A stretch of 64,000 nucleotides of DNA, taken from contig OZ024741.1 in NCBI GenBank assembly GCA_964016885.1, positions 60,078,001-60,142,000 of the forward strand, written 5' to 3'. Origin of the DNA: Eledone cirrhosa. Its lineage: Eukaryota. Position numbers and translations under genes: made by a program. Positions 27,092 to 39,454 of the stretch are shown in pieces; the first letter of the stretch is position 1, and every line of letters starts with the position of its first letter. The notes under the pieces are model-generated. The model saw only the letters and a list, made by a program, of their open reading frames with translations, made no database searches and was not told where the DNA came from.

Positions 27092-27580
27092 TTGTGTATA
27101 TAGATGTGTATGTGTGTGTATATATATATCTATGTATAAAGTGTTCACTGCCGAACCAGTTTTCCAACATATGAATTATTTATCTTAGATGACCAGGAAC
27201 TTGTTAAACAGAAAATACTACATCTGTAATATAACACATGAAATTATTCATCTGTTAGGTTGATTTTATTCTTGTTAACACGTTAATTATAACACACAGC
27301 AAATATTAATGCATATACAAATACAGACATCCTAAGACTCAAACAATATTCACACAAATATATTTCAATTACATGTTTTTTTGTATTTTTCTGAATATAA
27401 ATATCTATATTCGGTTTGATAAATGCCCTTAAGCACGAACCAGCTGAGCCGCAAGTCACTGCTGTATATGTACAAATATAATAAAACATGTCACTTGTAA
27501 TGTAGACGAGTCATGCAGTAAATAAAAACACGTACACGGAGTGAATTCTACTTCTGATTTTATTATTAATCAGTCAAGTA

Positions 27581-27789
27581 GGGCGGTGAATTGGCAGTAT
27601 CGGTAGAGGGTCGGACGTCATGCTTTGCAGCAAAGAGTTACGCCCCTTTATGATCTGAGTTCAAATCCCGCCGAGGTTAACTTTGCCTTTCATCCTTACG
27701 GGGTCGATAAAATGAAGTACAAGTCACGCACTGGATTAATCGACTTTCCCCTCCCCCAAATTGCTGGCCTTGTGTCTATATAAGAAATC
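27581..27789 (+). mobile_element. tRNA-derived SINE, full length, 19 bp TSD
   Basis: A box tggcagtatcgg, B box gagttcaaatccc, central gcctttcatccttacggggtcgataaaa. The TSD attattaatcagtcaagta lies at 27562-80 and 27790-808. Confidence 0.95.
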
Positions 27790-28602
27790 ATTATTAATCA
27801 GTCAAGTATCCCATCCATTACTTGAATAAATTCCGAAGTCTTCACAAGCAAATACGAAAGCGGATATGCGATAATATACGCAACGGTTATGAACATTTTA
27901 TACATTTAAAAAGGATATATATATTTGATTTTGTTACTGAGAGCACTACCATAAACATATGGAAACTAAACCTACATTCGTCACACATTTAAACATAAAT
28001 CACATTACAAACAATATATTAAATACAATATTACATTATTGATTATTATTCTATTAACTGCTGATATAATATGATCAGTTTATGAAATGCAGTTTAAATA
28101 TCTAAGAATACTGAACTAATAACATGTCAGCACACTTTCTGGAAAAAAATTCTATTCTACCATTTACAAAAAATGTTATAGAAACACTTTCCTGTTTTTT
28201 AGGAATTCGCTTCTTCTTGACATTAAACATTCATGCATTTTATTTGGAAAATATAATACATTGAAATCTGTAATCAGATTTACGAATTAAAGGTTAAAAT
28301 AATTTGCAAATAACCAGATTCTGGTCTAGACATAATAAGCGCTGCGTGTATCCTTATCATTCGTTATAAGAAAAATTACATACGGTATGATAGTTGTTTT
28401 GCAACATCAATATAGTAATTCTCTTATATCTCTCGCAATCTACAGAAGTCTTTGCTTTACTGAGGATCTATAAAAGACCGAAAGATGTCCAGAGCAGTCG
28501 ACCATGTTTGCTGAGATTAAATTAAATTAGTATTAGTCAGTCATATACATATATATATAATCATATATACATATATGTGTGTGTTTATATATATATATAA
28601 AT

Positions 28603-28645
28603 AAATAAATATGGTTTTATAAATATAGTTTCCATTTGTTAATAT

Positions 28646-28695
<50 letters not shown>

Positions 28696-28738
28696 ATATT
28701 AACAAATGGAAACTATATTTATAAAACCATATTTATTT
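28603..28738. repeat. Perfect palindrome centred on (TA)n
   Basis: 28603-28651 is the reverse complement of 28690-28738. Confidence 0.92.
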
Positions 28739-28789
28739 CATTATACATATTTCAAGGGCCACCAAGGTGCGCTTTCATCAGATAAAATA
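28734..28789 (-). ncRNA. Minimal hammerhead ribozyme motif
   Basis: Minus strand reads tattttat-CTGATGA-aagcgcaccttggtggccctt-GAAA-tatgtata-atgaaata. It belongs to the same family as 10822-10887. Confidence 0.75.
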
Positions 28790-28922
28790 TAATACAGTTT
28801 AGTTTTATAAATAAATATTGACATACCCTGAAAAAATGCAATCTTACCGGTTGGAGCTTCCTGGATATCAGTTATAAAAATATTTTAGCTTGTTGTATCC
28901 CAAAAAATTAAATATAACCTCT

Positions 28923-29011
<89 letters not shown>

Positions 29012-29018
29012 ATGCATA

Positions 29019-29064
<46 letters not shown>

Positions 29065-29213
29065 GGATTAAAATACTAGAGCGTGTTGGAGTTAAACACC
29101 CTCTTCGTATTATAGAAATTACAGTAAAAGGTATAGCTCAATGCAGTTAAACAGAGCCAAAAAATTAAGAGAGTAAAACAAAGAATCCTTTAATACATCA
29201 AAAGTTTTTATTA

Positions 29214-29251
29214 GCCGACAATGTTTCATCCTATTAAGGACTCATCAGGGC
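29214..29251 (-). ncRNA. Minimal hammerhead ribozyme, canonical core
   Basis: Minus strand reads gcc-CTGATGA-gtcct taat aggat-GAAAC att GTC-ggc. It lies in a pLTR-like remnant that starts at (TA)n ~29063. Confidence 0.82.
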
Positions 29252-29591
29252 AATCAAAACGACAAGAAGTAATATCGGCAGATACAAGCCGGAAGCTCCG
29301 AAGAATATGGAGTGTACATACACTAAAGTCTTGCAAAAATATATAATAAAAATAAAAATAAAAATAATAAAAATATATAATAAGAATAACTAAGGATGTA
29401 TATAACATTAAGAACCATATTACAAATATAGTTCAAAGCAACTAACCTAAAGCTAAACAAATGTGGTTATATAGAGCAGGAATTATATATAACACAATGT
29501 AATATAACATAATACATTATAATAATATACCTTTACCAACATTAAAATTACAATTAAAAATCAAAAAGCACAATATATACTTGTATATATG

Positions 29592-29623
<32 letters not shown>

Positions 29624-30047
29624 TACAACAATATGCACATCTATGTTCAACTACACAAATTAAGCCTTATTAGAAGTTAGAATATAAAAATAAGCATGAT
29701 AAGAGTGAAAATAATACCAATACATCTACCCAATATACATGAGGCAATAATATGATATAATTACAAGAGACACATATAATAAATAATAAACAATAAAATT
29801 ATATAATTCAATATAATATAATAGATAATCCCGGTTAATTTACACAAACAATATATATGTCACAATAATAATAATATAATGATAATATGTTAACAATGTA
29901 CTAACATTTACAATAAACAATATATACAAATCGATTCATACTGGGTTACAGAGTAAATGAGGAAAAATAAATTATACAATACTCAAAAAACAGTATGTAA
30001 TTTTAATGTTGGTAAAGGTATATTATTATAATGTATTATGTTATATT

Positions 30048-30222
30048 GGCAGTATCGGTAGAGGGTCGGACGCCAAGCTTTGATGCATAGAGTTACGGCC
30101 CTTGCTATTCTGAGTTCAAATCCCGCCGAGGTTAACTTTGTCTTTCATCCTTACGGGGTCGATAAAATGAAGTACAAGTAATTTACTGGGTAATTTCTGG
30201 CCTTGTGCCAATAGTAGAAACA
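30048..30222 (+). mobile_element. tRNA-derived SINE with 13 bp TSD
   Basis: The TSD attatgttatatt lies at 30035-47 and 30223-35. The SINE splits an inverted copy of 29470-29553. Confidence 0.95.
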
Positions 30223-30306
30223 ATTATGTTATATTACATTGTGTTATATATAATTCCTGCTCTATAATAAATAAAATTTCATCGTATCAACCTTAATATA
30301 TATAAT

Positions 30307-30686
30307 TGCTTCTACTTTTGGCACAAGGCCAGCAATTACCCAGTGCATTACTTGTACTTTATGTTATCGACCCCGTAAGGATGAAAGGCAAAGTTAACCT
30401 TGGCGGGATTTGAACTCAGAATGGAAAGGGTCGTATCTCTTTGCGTTAAAGTATGGTGTCCGACCTTCCACCTATACTGCCAATTTACCGCAAATCAATC
30501 CTTAATATATATATAATTGTTTCTACTTTAGGCACAAGGCCAGCAATTAAACAGTACATTATCGACCCCGTAAGGATAAAAGGCAAAGTTAACCTCGGCG
30601 GGATTTGAACTCAGTCTGTAAAGGGACGTAACTATGCTAGAAAGCATGACGTCCAACCCTCTACCGATACTGCCAATTCACCGCCC
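30307..30686 (-). mobile_element. Two tandem SINE copies (30307-30491, 30518-30686)
   Basis: Both match the reverse complement of the SINE consensus, with ttaatatatataat-like flanks. Confidence 0.92.
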
Positions 30687-30729
30687 TTATATATATATAT
30701 AATAATGAAGAATAAGGGTGTGTTCTTAC

Positions 30730-30938
30730 ATCCTTGTATAAATACCGTCATTGCTGTTATATGGATTTCAATCGCATCAATTGCATCCTCATCATATAGC
30801 TATTATGTATTTGTTTTGTATATATATTTGTTTTGTATATATATATATATATACAAAACAAATACATAATAGCTATATGATGAGGATGTAATTGATGCGA
30901 TTGAAATCCATATAACAGCTATGACGGTATTTATACAA

Positions 30939-30942
<4 letters not shown>
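30730..30942. repeat. Fold-back inverted repeat (~90 bp arms) centred on (TA)n, with degenerate hammerhead core
   Basis: 30730-30820 mirrors 30852-30942 with few mismatches. The right arm contains agctat-aTGATGA...GAAA-tccatata-acagct. Confidence 0.9.
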
Positions 30943-30979
<37 letters not shown>

Positions 30980-31560
30980 CTTATATAATGTTGAATAATT
31001 AGTTGTTGGGGTTGGGTTTACTCCAATCGGGAAAAAAATGGTGTAATTTGGATCAATATATTGATCGTCCTGACGAGAATCAGTTGAGTTCAAAATTCAT
31101 CGAACAATTTTTCCCCGAGCACCGCTGGGTGGCTTTAGCTGCCAGTGTTTTTCATAGCTATGGCTTTCTAAATGTTTATTTATAAACATACCATATTTGT
31201 TTAGAAATAAGAAATTCAATCACATACTTGTATACAGCTATGATCGAAATTAAATTCTAATTCCATTTTATATCGTATTTCATATAAAAGGTGTGAATTA
31301 TAGGCACCCTTTATTTTTTCGTTGCATCTACTTGATAAGACATAGTGTTTTATGACCTATAGCATACTGTGATTTATACTTGGTATTATTTCATAACTTG
31401 AGGCTGTATATCACATTATATCTTATATTATACTTTACTTGATATTTTATACTATATATACTTCATATATGCTTAGTAAATTTCTGATATGACGTGTCTC
31501 CATTCCAATAGCTAATGACTTACCATCTTCAAACATATATCACTTATTATCAATCATTAG

Positions 31561-32555
31561 CCGAGGTTGACTTTGCTTTCATACTTACGGGGTCGATAAA
31601 ATAAAGTACCAGTAATGCACTGGTTAATTGCTGGCCTTGTGCCAAAAGTAGAAACAATTAATGTTTTACTACTTATTAACTATTAATTAACTAGTAAATT
31701 CATTTTCCTATATGTTTCTATGTTTCATATATTATCTTATAGTATATCATTATTTTATTTTATTGAGGTTGACTTTGCCTTTCATCCTTACGGGGTCGAT
31801 AAAATAAAGTACCAGTAATGCTGGCCTTGAGCCTAAAGTAGAAACAATTATTTTATTTTATTGCGGTGGATTGGCAGTATCGGTAGAGAGTCGGACGCCA
31901 TGCTTTCCAGCATAGTTACGTCCCTTTACGATCTGAGTTCAAATCCCGCCGAGGTTGACTTTGCCTTTCATCCTTACGGGGTCGATAAAATAAAGTACCA
32001 GTAATGCACTGGGTAATTGCTGGCCTTGTGCCTAAAGTAGAAACAGTTATGAGTATATACGTAGGCAGTATCGGTAGAGAGTCGAACGCCATGCATTGTA
32101 GCATATAGTTACGTCCCTTTTCGGTCTCAGTTCAAATCCCGCTGAGGTTAACTTTGCCTTTCATCCTTACGGGGTCGATAAAATAAAGTACCAGTAATGC
32201 ACTAGGTAATTTGCTGGCCTTGTGCCTAAAGTAGAAACAATTATTTTATCTTATAGTATGTTTTATATTATATCCGTATGTATTTTGATATGACGCCACC
32301 CATTTGATACAGCACCAGCCCCCGACGTATATAACTAATACTTTTCAACTATGTACTTGCATATGTTTTACCTAATATTGGCAGTACCGGTAGAGGGTCG
32401 GGTGCCACGCTTTGACGCATAGAATTACGGCCCTTGCCATTCTGAGTTCAAATCACGCCAAGGTTAACTTTGCCTTTCATCCTTACGGGGTCGATAAAAT
32501 AAAGTACCAGTAATGCACTGGGTAACTGCTCAGCCTTGTGGCAAAAGTAGAAACA
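31561..32555 (+). mobile_element. Cluster of five co-oriented SINE copies
   Basis: Copies at 31561-31657 and 31764-31846 (3' halves), 31863-32046, 32064-32239 and 32379-32555. Confidence 0.92.
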
Positions 32556-33687
32556 ATTATGATTATAATCATACTCTCTACGTACTATATTGACCTCAAC
32601 CCTTTATTAATCTATATAATCTATCATGCCATGAACGATATTTTACCATTACCATTAAATTATCATTATCTGGTGTACGTTACCCCCACAGACTGACTAC
32701 ATGGCGGTCTTCTGAACTATATGCAAGATACCGGGATTTGCTTCTGTACTTTGAGTGCTTAGAATCAATTTTCTTTTTCTTCAGTAAATTGAAAATACTC
32801 GGTCACTGGAACCCTCCCTCGGATTTTGTAGAAATGGTAGTGGGTGGGGTAATTTTCTTCTAATCAATTAATGATTTACTTATAACTAATCACTAAAATT
32901 AGCATTATAATTACCCGCTTTTCGTAACCTTTTACTATTAATAATTTTCACAATTCCTTATAATCTTTATAATTAATTTTTTTAAATCTATTTAACGTAA
33001 CATTTACTTCTAGTTTTTATAATCTTTTATACTTTTATAGCACATTCTTTAATTGATTTTCATCAACACGCTCAGCTGGTTTTCAGTCACAGTCTGCTGC
33101 CGCACAATGTTTACTGTCCCGGACCTATCTGAGTGGCAAATTGTTGGTTCTGTTTAATGGCTTGGAATTATCTGAGTATAGCAGAATCTGTGTCACCATC
33201 AAACACCCCCTACCCTCCTTTGTCAGGCCTATCGACCCATCATGCTTAGCATTGCTGAGTGTGTGCCATTTGGATGGGTTTTGTCACTAGAATAACACCG
33301 AATAGCTGTTCATCATAACACTACCACCGAATAGTGGGCTGTCTCCAAATCAAATATATTCTCTGTTTATATTTACAGTAATCCTGTTATCGATTAGCTA
33401 ATCTTTGCAATCTACACCTGATGATGTCACCAAAGTCTTACGTGATTATCTGATGGTGCAACCAGGCCTTAGAAATACGTTTTGGGGTTTTGCAACATTA
33501 AAACAATGTTTGTAGTCCAGTTTTCTGTTGTCTTCTACATGAATATTTAACTCCGTCCTTGCACGAGCCACGAAATACTATATCTACGATGGATGATTTG
33601 CCTAAGTCGAGTGATTTAACTCATTACATAATACCTTACTAACCGGAATGACCAGATTTACCCATTGGTAAACCATACAACATAAAT

Positions 33688-33785
<98 letters not shown>

Positions 33786-33905
33786 AGAGAGAAATGTCTT
33801 CTATAGGACTAGAACTGTTTCATTCGAAGGAAATCATCTGCTATGTATTGGGTACCTTACTTACTGTTGTTATCCCCTATTGAACCTGGGATACAGACAC
33901 ACATG

Positions 33906-33938
<33 letters not shown>

Positions 33939-34009
33939 TTCGTTTCTGAATTTGTTTAGAAATGATTCTTTATCTGAAAACGTGATTTGAAACCGATATT
34001 GTTATACTT

Positions 34010-34060
34010 TGTTATACTGAAGAGGTCACAGAATGTGTGACGAAAGAACTTTGATAATAT
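34010..34060 (+). ncRNA. Hammerhead-like motif, degenerate
   Basis: CTGAAGA-g gtcac agaatgt gtgac-GAAA. Stems I and III are poor. Confidence 0.45.
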
Positions 34061-34403
34061 ATAAACAATCATCCGGTTGTGGACCCAACCAACCAACCGG
34101 AAATTTATAAATTTATTATAATAAATTGAAGTGAAAGCAACTGGTGCGTGTGTTTCTTAATGGCAACATGACCCTCCCAAAGTATAACAATATATATATA
34201 TATACATATATATATATTAAGTTGTTAAACAATATTCTATGATTATGTCAAAGAATGAGTTTTACACTAGATTGGAAGCACTCAATGGTTAAAAAAATTA
34301 TTTTCAGGAGTTATTAATATTAAAATATAAGTATTAATAAAACTTGACTACCTTGATTAAATCTTAACCATATAACATCTCAGGGTATGTCATGTATCAC
34401 TAT

Positions 34404-34456
34404 ATTGTGTCTGATAAGGACGTACTATTGTACATCCGAAATATGTATAATAAAAT
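34404..34456 (+). ncRNA. Hammerhead-like motif (CTGATAA core) in a small element with inverted repeat 34316-42 / 34480-505
   Basis: attgtgt-CTGATAA-ggacgtac tatt gtacatcc-GAAA-tatgtata-ataaaat. Confidence 0.6.
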
Positions 34457-35347
34457 GTAATTGATCAAAAGAACATCTATTTTATTAATACTTATATTTT
34501 AATATATATACATATATATATATATATGGTACGAGAGAGAGACAGAGAGTGAGAGAGAGAAAGAGAGAGGGAGAGTGAGAGTATATTAATATAAAAAGAG
34601 TATATTTTCTCTTTTGTTGTAATAGGAATATTATAATCCTACTATTGATACCGGAATGATTATTGGGAAATTCAAGTTATTTTGCCGCCATATCAGTAGT
34701 AAACAAGAAATCACTCATTATTGGATAAATATGTCCAGATATTTGATATTATGTTATTGTGTGACCCATATAAAGAAGACAGTCTGAAAGTTTGTTTTTA
34801 TGATTTTTATACAAAGGGGGGAAAAGGCGACAACGTAGACTAAGGTAGCTAAGCTACACTTCAAATAGCTGAAACGTAAATACACTCCAATATGCAATAA
34901 CTAATATTATGTGTAATTTATATTCACTTGACTTTTATTATCAACACGAAATATACTTCGTGTTGTTTCTCTATGTACATAAATTATTCCTTCGTTGGTG
35001 TGCATTATGAATAAACAAAATATGCAGGCCATTATTATTAAAAAAACATAGAGTATAGAAACACCTTTATATTTTTGTATAGATTATCCAGAAACGTTAT
35101 GGCATTATTTGTTCCAATGCAAAAATTACCAGACTGTGAGAGAGAGAGGAAGAGAGAGGGAGAGAGATAGAGAGGGTGAGCGAGAGAAAGAGAGAGAGTG
35201 AGAGAGAAAGAGATAAAAGACATAACAAAACTGGCCGTTAGATAACTATTGCGTATATTGACCACAGGCCTTTTGACCACAGCAATTTGATCGATACTCG
35301 AATGATTTTACCAATCGATTGAACTAGTAAATAACAAAGATAATAAT

Positions 35348-35460
35348 GTGTTTACTTTTGGCACAAGGCCAGCAATTAACCGAGGGTTTTACTGTTGCTT
35401 TATTTTATCAATCCCGTAAGGATAAAAGGCAAAGCTAAACTTGGCGGGATTGAACTCAGA
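35348..35460 (-). mobile_element. SINE, 5'-truncated
   Basis: ggcacaaggccagcaatt...ggcgggattgaactcaga. Confidence 0.85.
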
Positions 35461-35510
35461 ATGCAAATTGCCAATTCAATAATAATAATAATATTAATAA
35501 TAATAATAAT

Positions 35511-35787
35511 CAAGAAATTATGGAGAATCAGATATGTAGGAGCGGTACTGATTGTAGTTGGCGTACTGGGAGCAGTTAGTAAAAGGTTAGATCCATGGCT
35601 TGAGAAGTTAGGAATTAGCACCAGAACAGGGTTGTTGCAGAAAACAGCCTTGATAGGAACAGCAAAGATTCAAAGGATGGTGTTGGAAAGTTGAAATAGA
35701 AGAAATGACCCAAAGGAACTTTGGGCATTGGCTATGGCTCACTCCTTTGGAATAGTGTCGCTAAAATTCAAAAACCTTACGAATAGT
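35511..35787 (+). mobile_element. R4/Dong-type 3' fragment (family C) between two (AAT)n runs
   Basis: KKLWRI..VLIVVGVLGAVSK..LLQKTALIGTAKI matches the RLE C-terminus of the Dong ORFs. (AAT)n lies at 35478-510 and 35788-805. Confidence 0.85.
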
Positions 35788-36082
35788 AATAATAATAATA
35801 ATAATGATTTCATTTATTAGCCACAAGGGCCGACATGTAGGGGACAATACAAAGACAGGGACAGTGGGGGTTTACCATAAGGTCGAGTAAAAGTGCACAA
35901 TGGCAAGACTAATTTAACAATGAAAATATAAAATATAAAATAAACTATGCAAAATATAACAAAATAAATTCCCCGATAGGGGGGTGGACGACCCTGGGGT
36001 GATTCGGGTACCCCACCAATCCTGAACCACCCTGCGCTTCTAGGGCACCCAGGAGAGCACCCCTCTCCTCAAGTTAGCTAAC

Positions 36083-39000
36083 TTATAGGCGCATGGTCAG
36101 AGTAGGCCCATTCACACGAGCCATTCTTGCCACATTCACACACCATTTAGCAAATGTACTGGGGGGCAGCACTTCTCTCTCCACCCTCACCCTCCTTTCC
36201 AGGTGAAACTTGAAGAAGTTGATGAGGGATTGGCCGAAGAGAAAAGTGTCTGTCTTTAGTCCTTTCAACCTGGTCCACCATATAATCTCTTTCGCAACTG
36301 CCACCAGACAGAGGAAAATGTCCTGCTCTTCCTGACCTAAGGAAGGTGGCGGCTCGATCTTCACTATGGACTCGGCCGATAACTGGATTCGTTCCACACG
36401 CGATAGTAGCTGTTCGACATAACTCCACAAGTCAGTAATGCATGGACATTGGACAAGTGCGTGCAGAACGGTTTCGTCGTTCTGTGCGCATCTTGGGCAG
36501 GTCCGTCTGACAGCACTTCCGTGCCTGTAGAGTTTATCCCGAACCGGCAGTGCCCCCCGGTAGCACTACCAAGCGAGGGATTTCTGGAAATTGTCCATCG
36601 TCCCCGGCTCAAAAGTCCTCCGGTACAGACTGGTCAGTTCGACTTCGTCGAAGCCCAAAGCTTCTCCGAGTGCGTCATCGCACTGGCCCACCACTAATCC
36701 TCTATAAAACTCGAGAGTGGAAGTTCCACTGATCGCATTGCCCGCTTGGTAGAGGGCAGTGAGTGCCTGGCAACATTCCAGGTGCCAGTCACCCAGTCTC
36801 GGTTTCTTCTTGACCCAGGGCTGCAGCTCAGTCAAAGAAATGAGCTGCGGAAAGGCCCGTCTGATAAACGGCGACCACACCTGTTCACCATTGAGGCAGA
36901 ATATCTGGAGATGTCGCAGCCTCAACGCATGTTTGCGCATCATTAGCCACGGCATGCCCAGCCCTCCGTGTAGAGGGTGCTGGCAGCAGATGGACCGCCT
37001 CACCAACGGAACTTGTCCCCTCCACAAGAATTTGAAGAGGAGCCGTTCCAACTTGACGAGGCGCGGACGGGGGCAAGGCACGACGATTAGGCGGTAATAG
37101 ATGACGGGCGCGATGTACGCATTCGCCACCTCCGCGCAACCTTTCAGTGATAGCTTCCTCCCAGCCCATTTTTTGGGTGAGACTGGCTACTCTACTCGTT
37201 ACCTCGTCCCAATTCTTTTCCACCTGGAGGTCTGGTCCGAACCAAACCCCGAGCAACTTTACTGGTCCGTCCGTCCAGCGCCCCACGACGCTGTTGGACG
37301 GCATGGGCTTGCCTCTCCAGGTTCCGAGCTGCAAGCCCACCGACTTTTCCGGGTTAAGTTTGGCTCCTGTCAACCTTTCATATTCTTTCAATAAGGTGCC
37401 GACCACCTCGATTTCTGAGGTGTTCGACACCATCACGGTGATGTCGTCCGCATAAGCCGACACCGCCTTTCCACGTCCCGGTTCGAGCGGGATGCCCTGC
37501 AACAGCTCCAGCTTCCGCAGTAAAGGCTCGAGAGTCAATAGGTACAGAAGGGAAGAGAGAGGGCACCCTTGACGGACCGATCGGGAGAGCCGAAATGATT
37601 CCGAGAGGTGGCCATTACCTTTGACCACCGAGCGTGTGCCGCTGTGCATTGCAACGATCCAGCTTCTAAAGACAGGGCCGAAGCCAGCTGCTTTGAGGAC
37701 AAACTCCAGATACCGATGGTCGACCCTATCGAATGCTTTCGATTGATCTAAATTGATCAGTGCCCCACCGAAGCCAGGTTTACACCCTACCCTCTCTATG
37801 ATGTATCGCATGAGGTGGAGATTGTCGTGTATGGACCTGGCTGGGATTGCGCAAGTTTGCGCCTCCCCAACCAAATCCTCGACGACAAGCGCCTATCTCT
37901 TTGCTAACACCTTGGCCAAAATCTTAAACACTGTGTTGAGCAGAGTTATTGGCCTGAAGTTGTCTAATGTATCCTTATTGTTCTCGTCTTTCCTTATCAG
38001 CGTCACCACTCCCCTACTCACAGAACTGGGAATACTCCCATTCTGCTGCCAGTTACAGTAGAGTGCTTCAAGGAGTTCGGAGAACAAGTCTGGCATATTT
38101 ACGTAAAGCTAGTAGGGCAGGCCATCCAAGCCTGGTGACTTGCGCCTCATGCAGCCGACAAGGGCGTCCTGAATTTCGGCTGAAGTAATCGGACTTTCGC
38201 AGCGCTCAGCGTCGTCCGTCGAGATGCGCGGCAAGCCGTCAAGGTAGGGACTGAAATCCGCTACTCTCTCTGACCCGCCACTCTCCCCGAACAACCGAGC
38301 AAAGTGCTGGCGAAAGGCCTCACACATCCGCTTGGAATCGCTTATCTCGTGTCCGTCTCGGTCCGCCAAAGACCGAATTGTGGTTTTATTACCATGCTGC
38401 GCCTCCGCCACGCGGGCCCATCGAACAGCTTTAGTTCCCTCGTTTCTCAGCGCACGCGCCTTAGCTCTGACAATGCAACCTTCGTGTTTGGCATTGAAGA
38501 AATGGTCTAATGCCATTCTCGCCGCTAGCACGTCAGTTGCGATGCCACTACAAATAGCTAGTTCTTTGCTGAACTCTATCGAAGTTACTCTAATCTCTCT
38601 TTTGAGAGCCCCCCACCATCTGTTGTTGATGATTCCCCCTGCCAACTTTTGCTTAACTAACTTATTGACTCGGTCCCTGTAAGCCTTACGTGCCGGAAAT
38701 GACATGTTCAGCTTCCAGTAACCCGGTCCTAACCTACGCGTTTTATTTAGGTCGACCGTACAGATCACAAATTTGTGATCTGAATAGGCGACCGTTTTAA
38801 AAAGTGGACAGCCCACACTATTTCTATCTATTTTCCTAATGAAGATTCTGTCTATATACGATCTAGATGACCCCATTCGGTTGGTCCATGTCCATACTGG
38901 CACATTGGGGAAATCTAGTCGATACCTGTCAGACAGTTGAAACTGGCTGAGTAGGTGCTTGAGGCTTTTGCACCCCCCGCTCCTATCGGCTACTCCCACA

Positions 39001-39445
39001 CAATCCCAGCGTGCGTCTAAGATGCCATTCCAGTCCCCCGCTAACAGTAAAGGGCGAGACGTACCCAGAAAGGTCTCCAGGCGCCTAAAGAAGTCAGGTC
39101 GTCCGGCCCCTGTAGGGGCGTAGGCGGCCAGCAGTCTAAAGGCACCACCTTCGCTACTGCTCACATCCAAGACCACCAACTTACCGTCCGGGTCCCGGAA
39201 GATCGACCTTACCTCGAGATCCAGTCCTTTCCTAAACAGCACTGCCACCCCACCCCCCATTCTCGGCCTGCTAAGATCTGATAGTCGTCGAAAATGGGGG
39301 CTAGTGCACGCGTGTCGGAAATTCTGGTCTCGCTTACGGCAATCACATCCATTTCCAGCGACCGGAGGTCGTTGAGCAGGCGACCCTGCTTCCAGGGTGA
39401 CCCCAGGCCGCGAACATTTAAACTTCCTACTCTTAATATGGCCAT
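36083..39445 (-). pseudogene. Tx1 ORF2 (APE-RT-Zn finger), frameshifted
   Basis: Motifs MAILRVGSLNVRG, AGDWN, YSDH, LDQSKAFDRVDH, VRQGCPLS and AYADD, split over several frames. Confidence 0.93.
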
Positions 39446-39454
39446 ATTGGTAAG

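Noticed and set aside
26703-27188. Long YIYIYI ORFs (also at 16834-17152, 25454-796 and 60761-61251) and poly-I/L/Y ORFs at (AAT)n
   Set aside because: These are translations of (TA)n and (AAT)n microsatellites, not genes.
27581-27680. tRNA-like A/B boxes
   Set aside because: The box spacing is too long, there is no cloverleaf, and they are followed by a SINE body, tail and TSD. These are SINE heads, not tRNA genes.
31561-32555. Repeat-spacer look resembling a CRISPR array
   Set aside because: The units are 85-185 bp SINE copies in eukaryotic DNA, and there are no cas genes.
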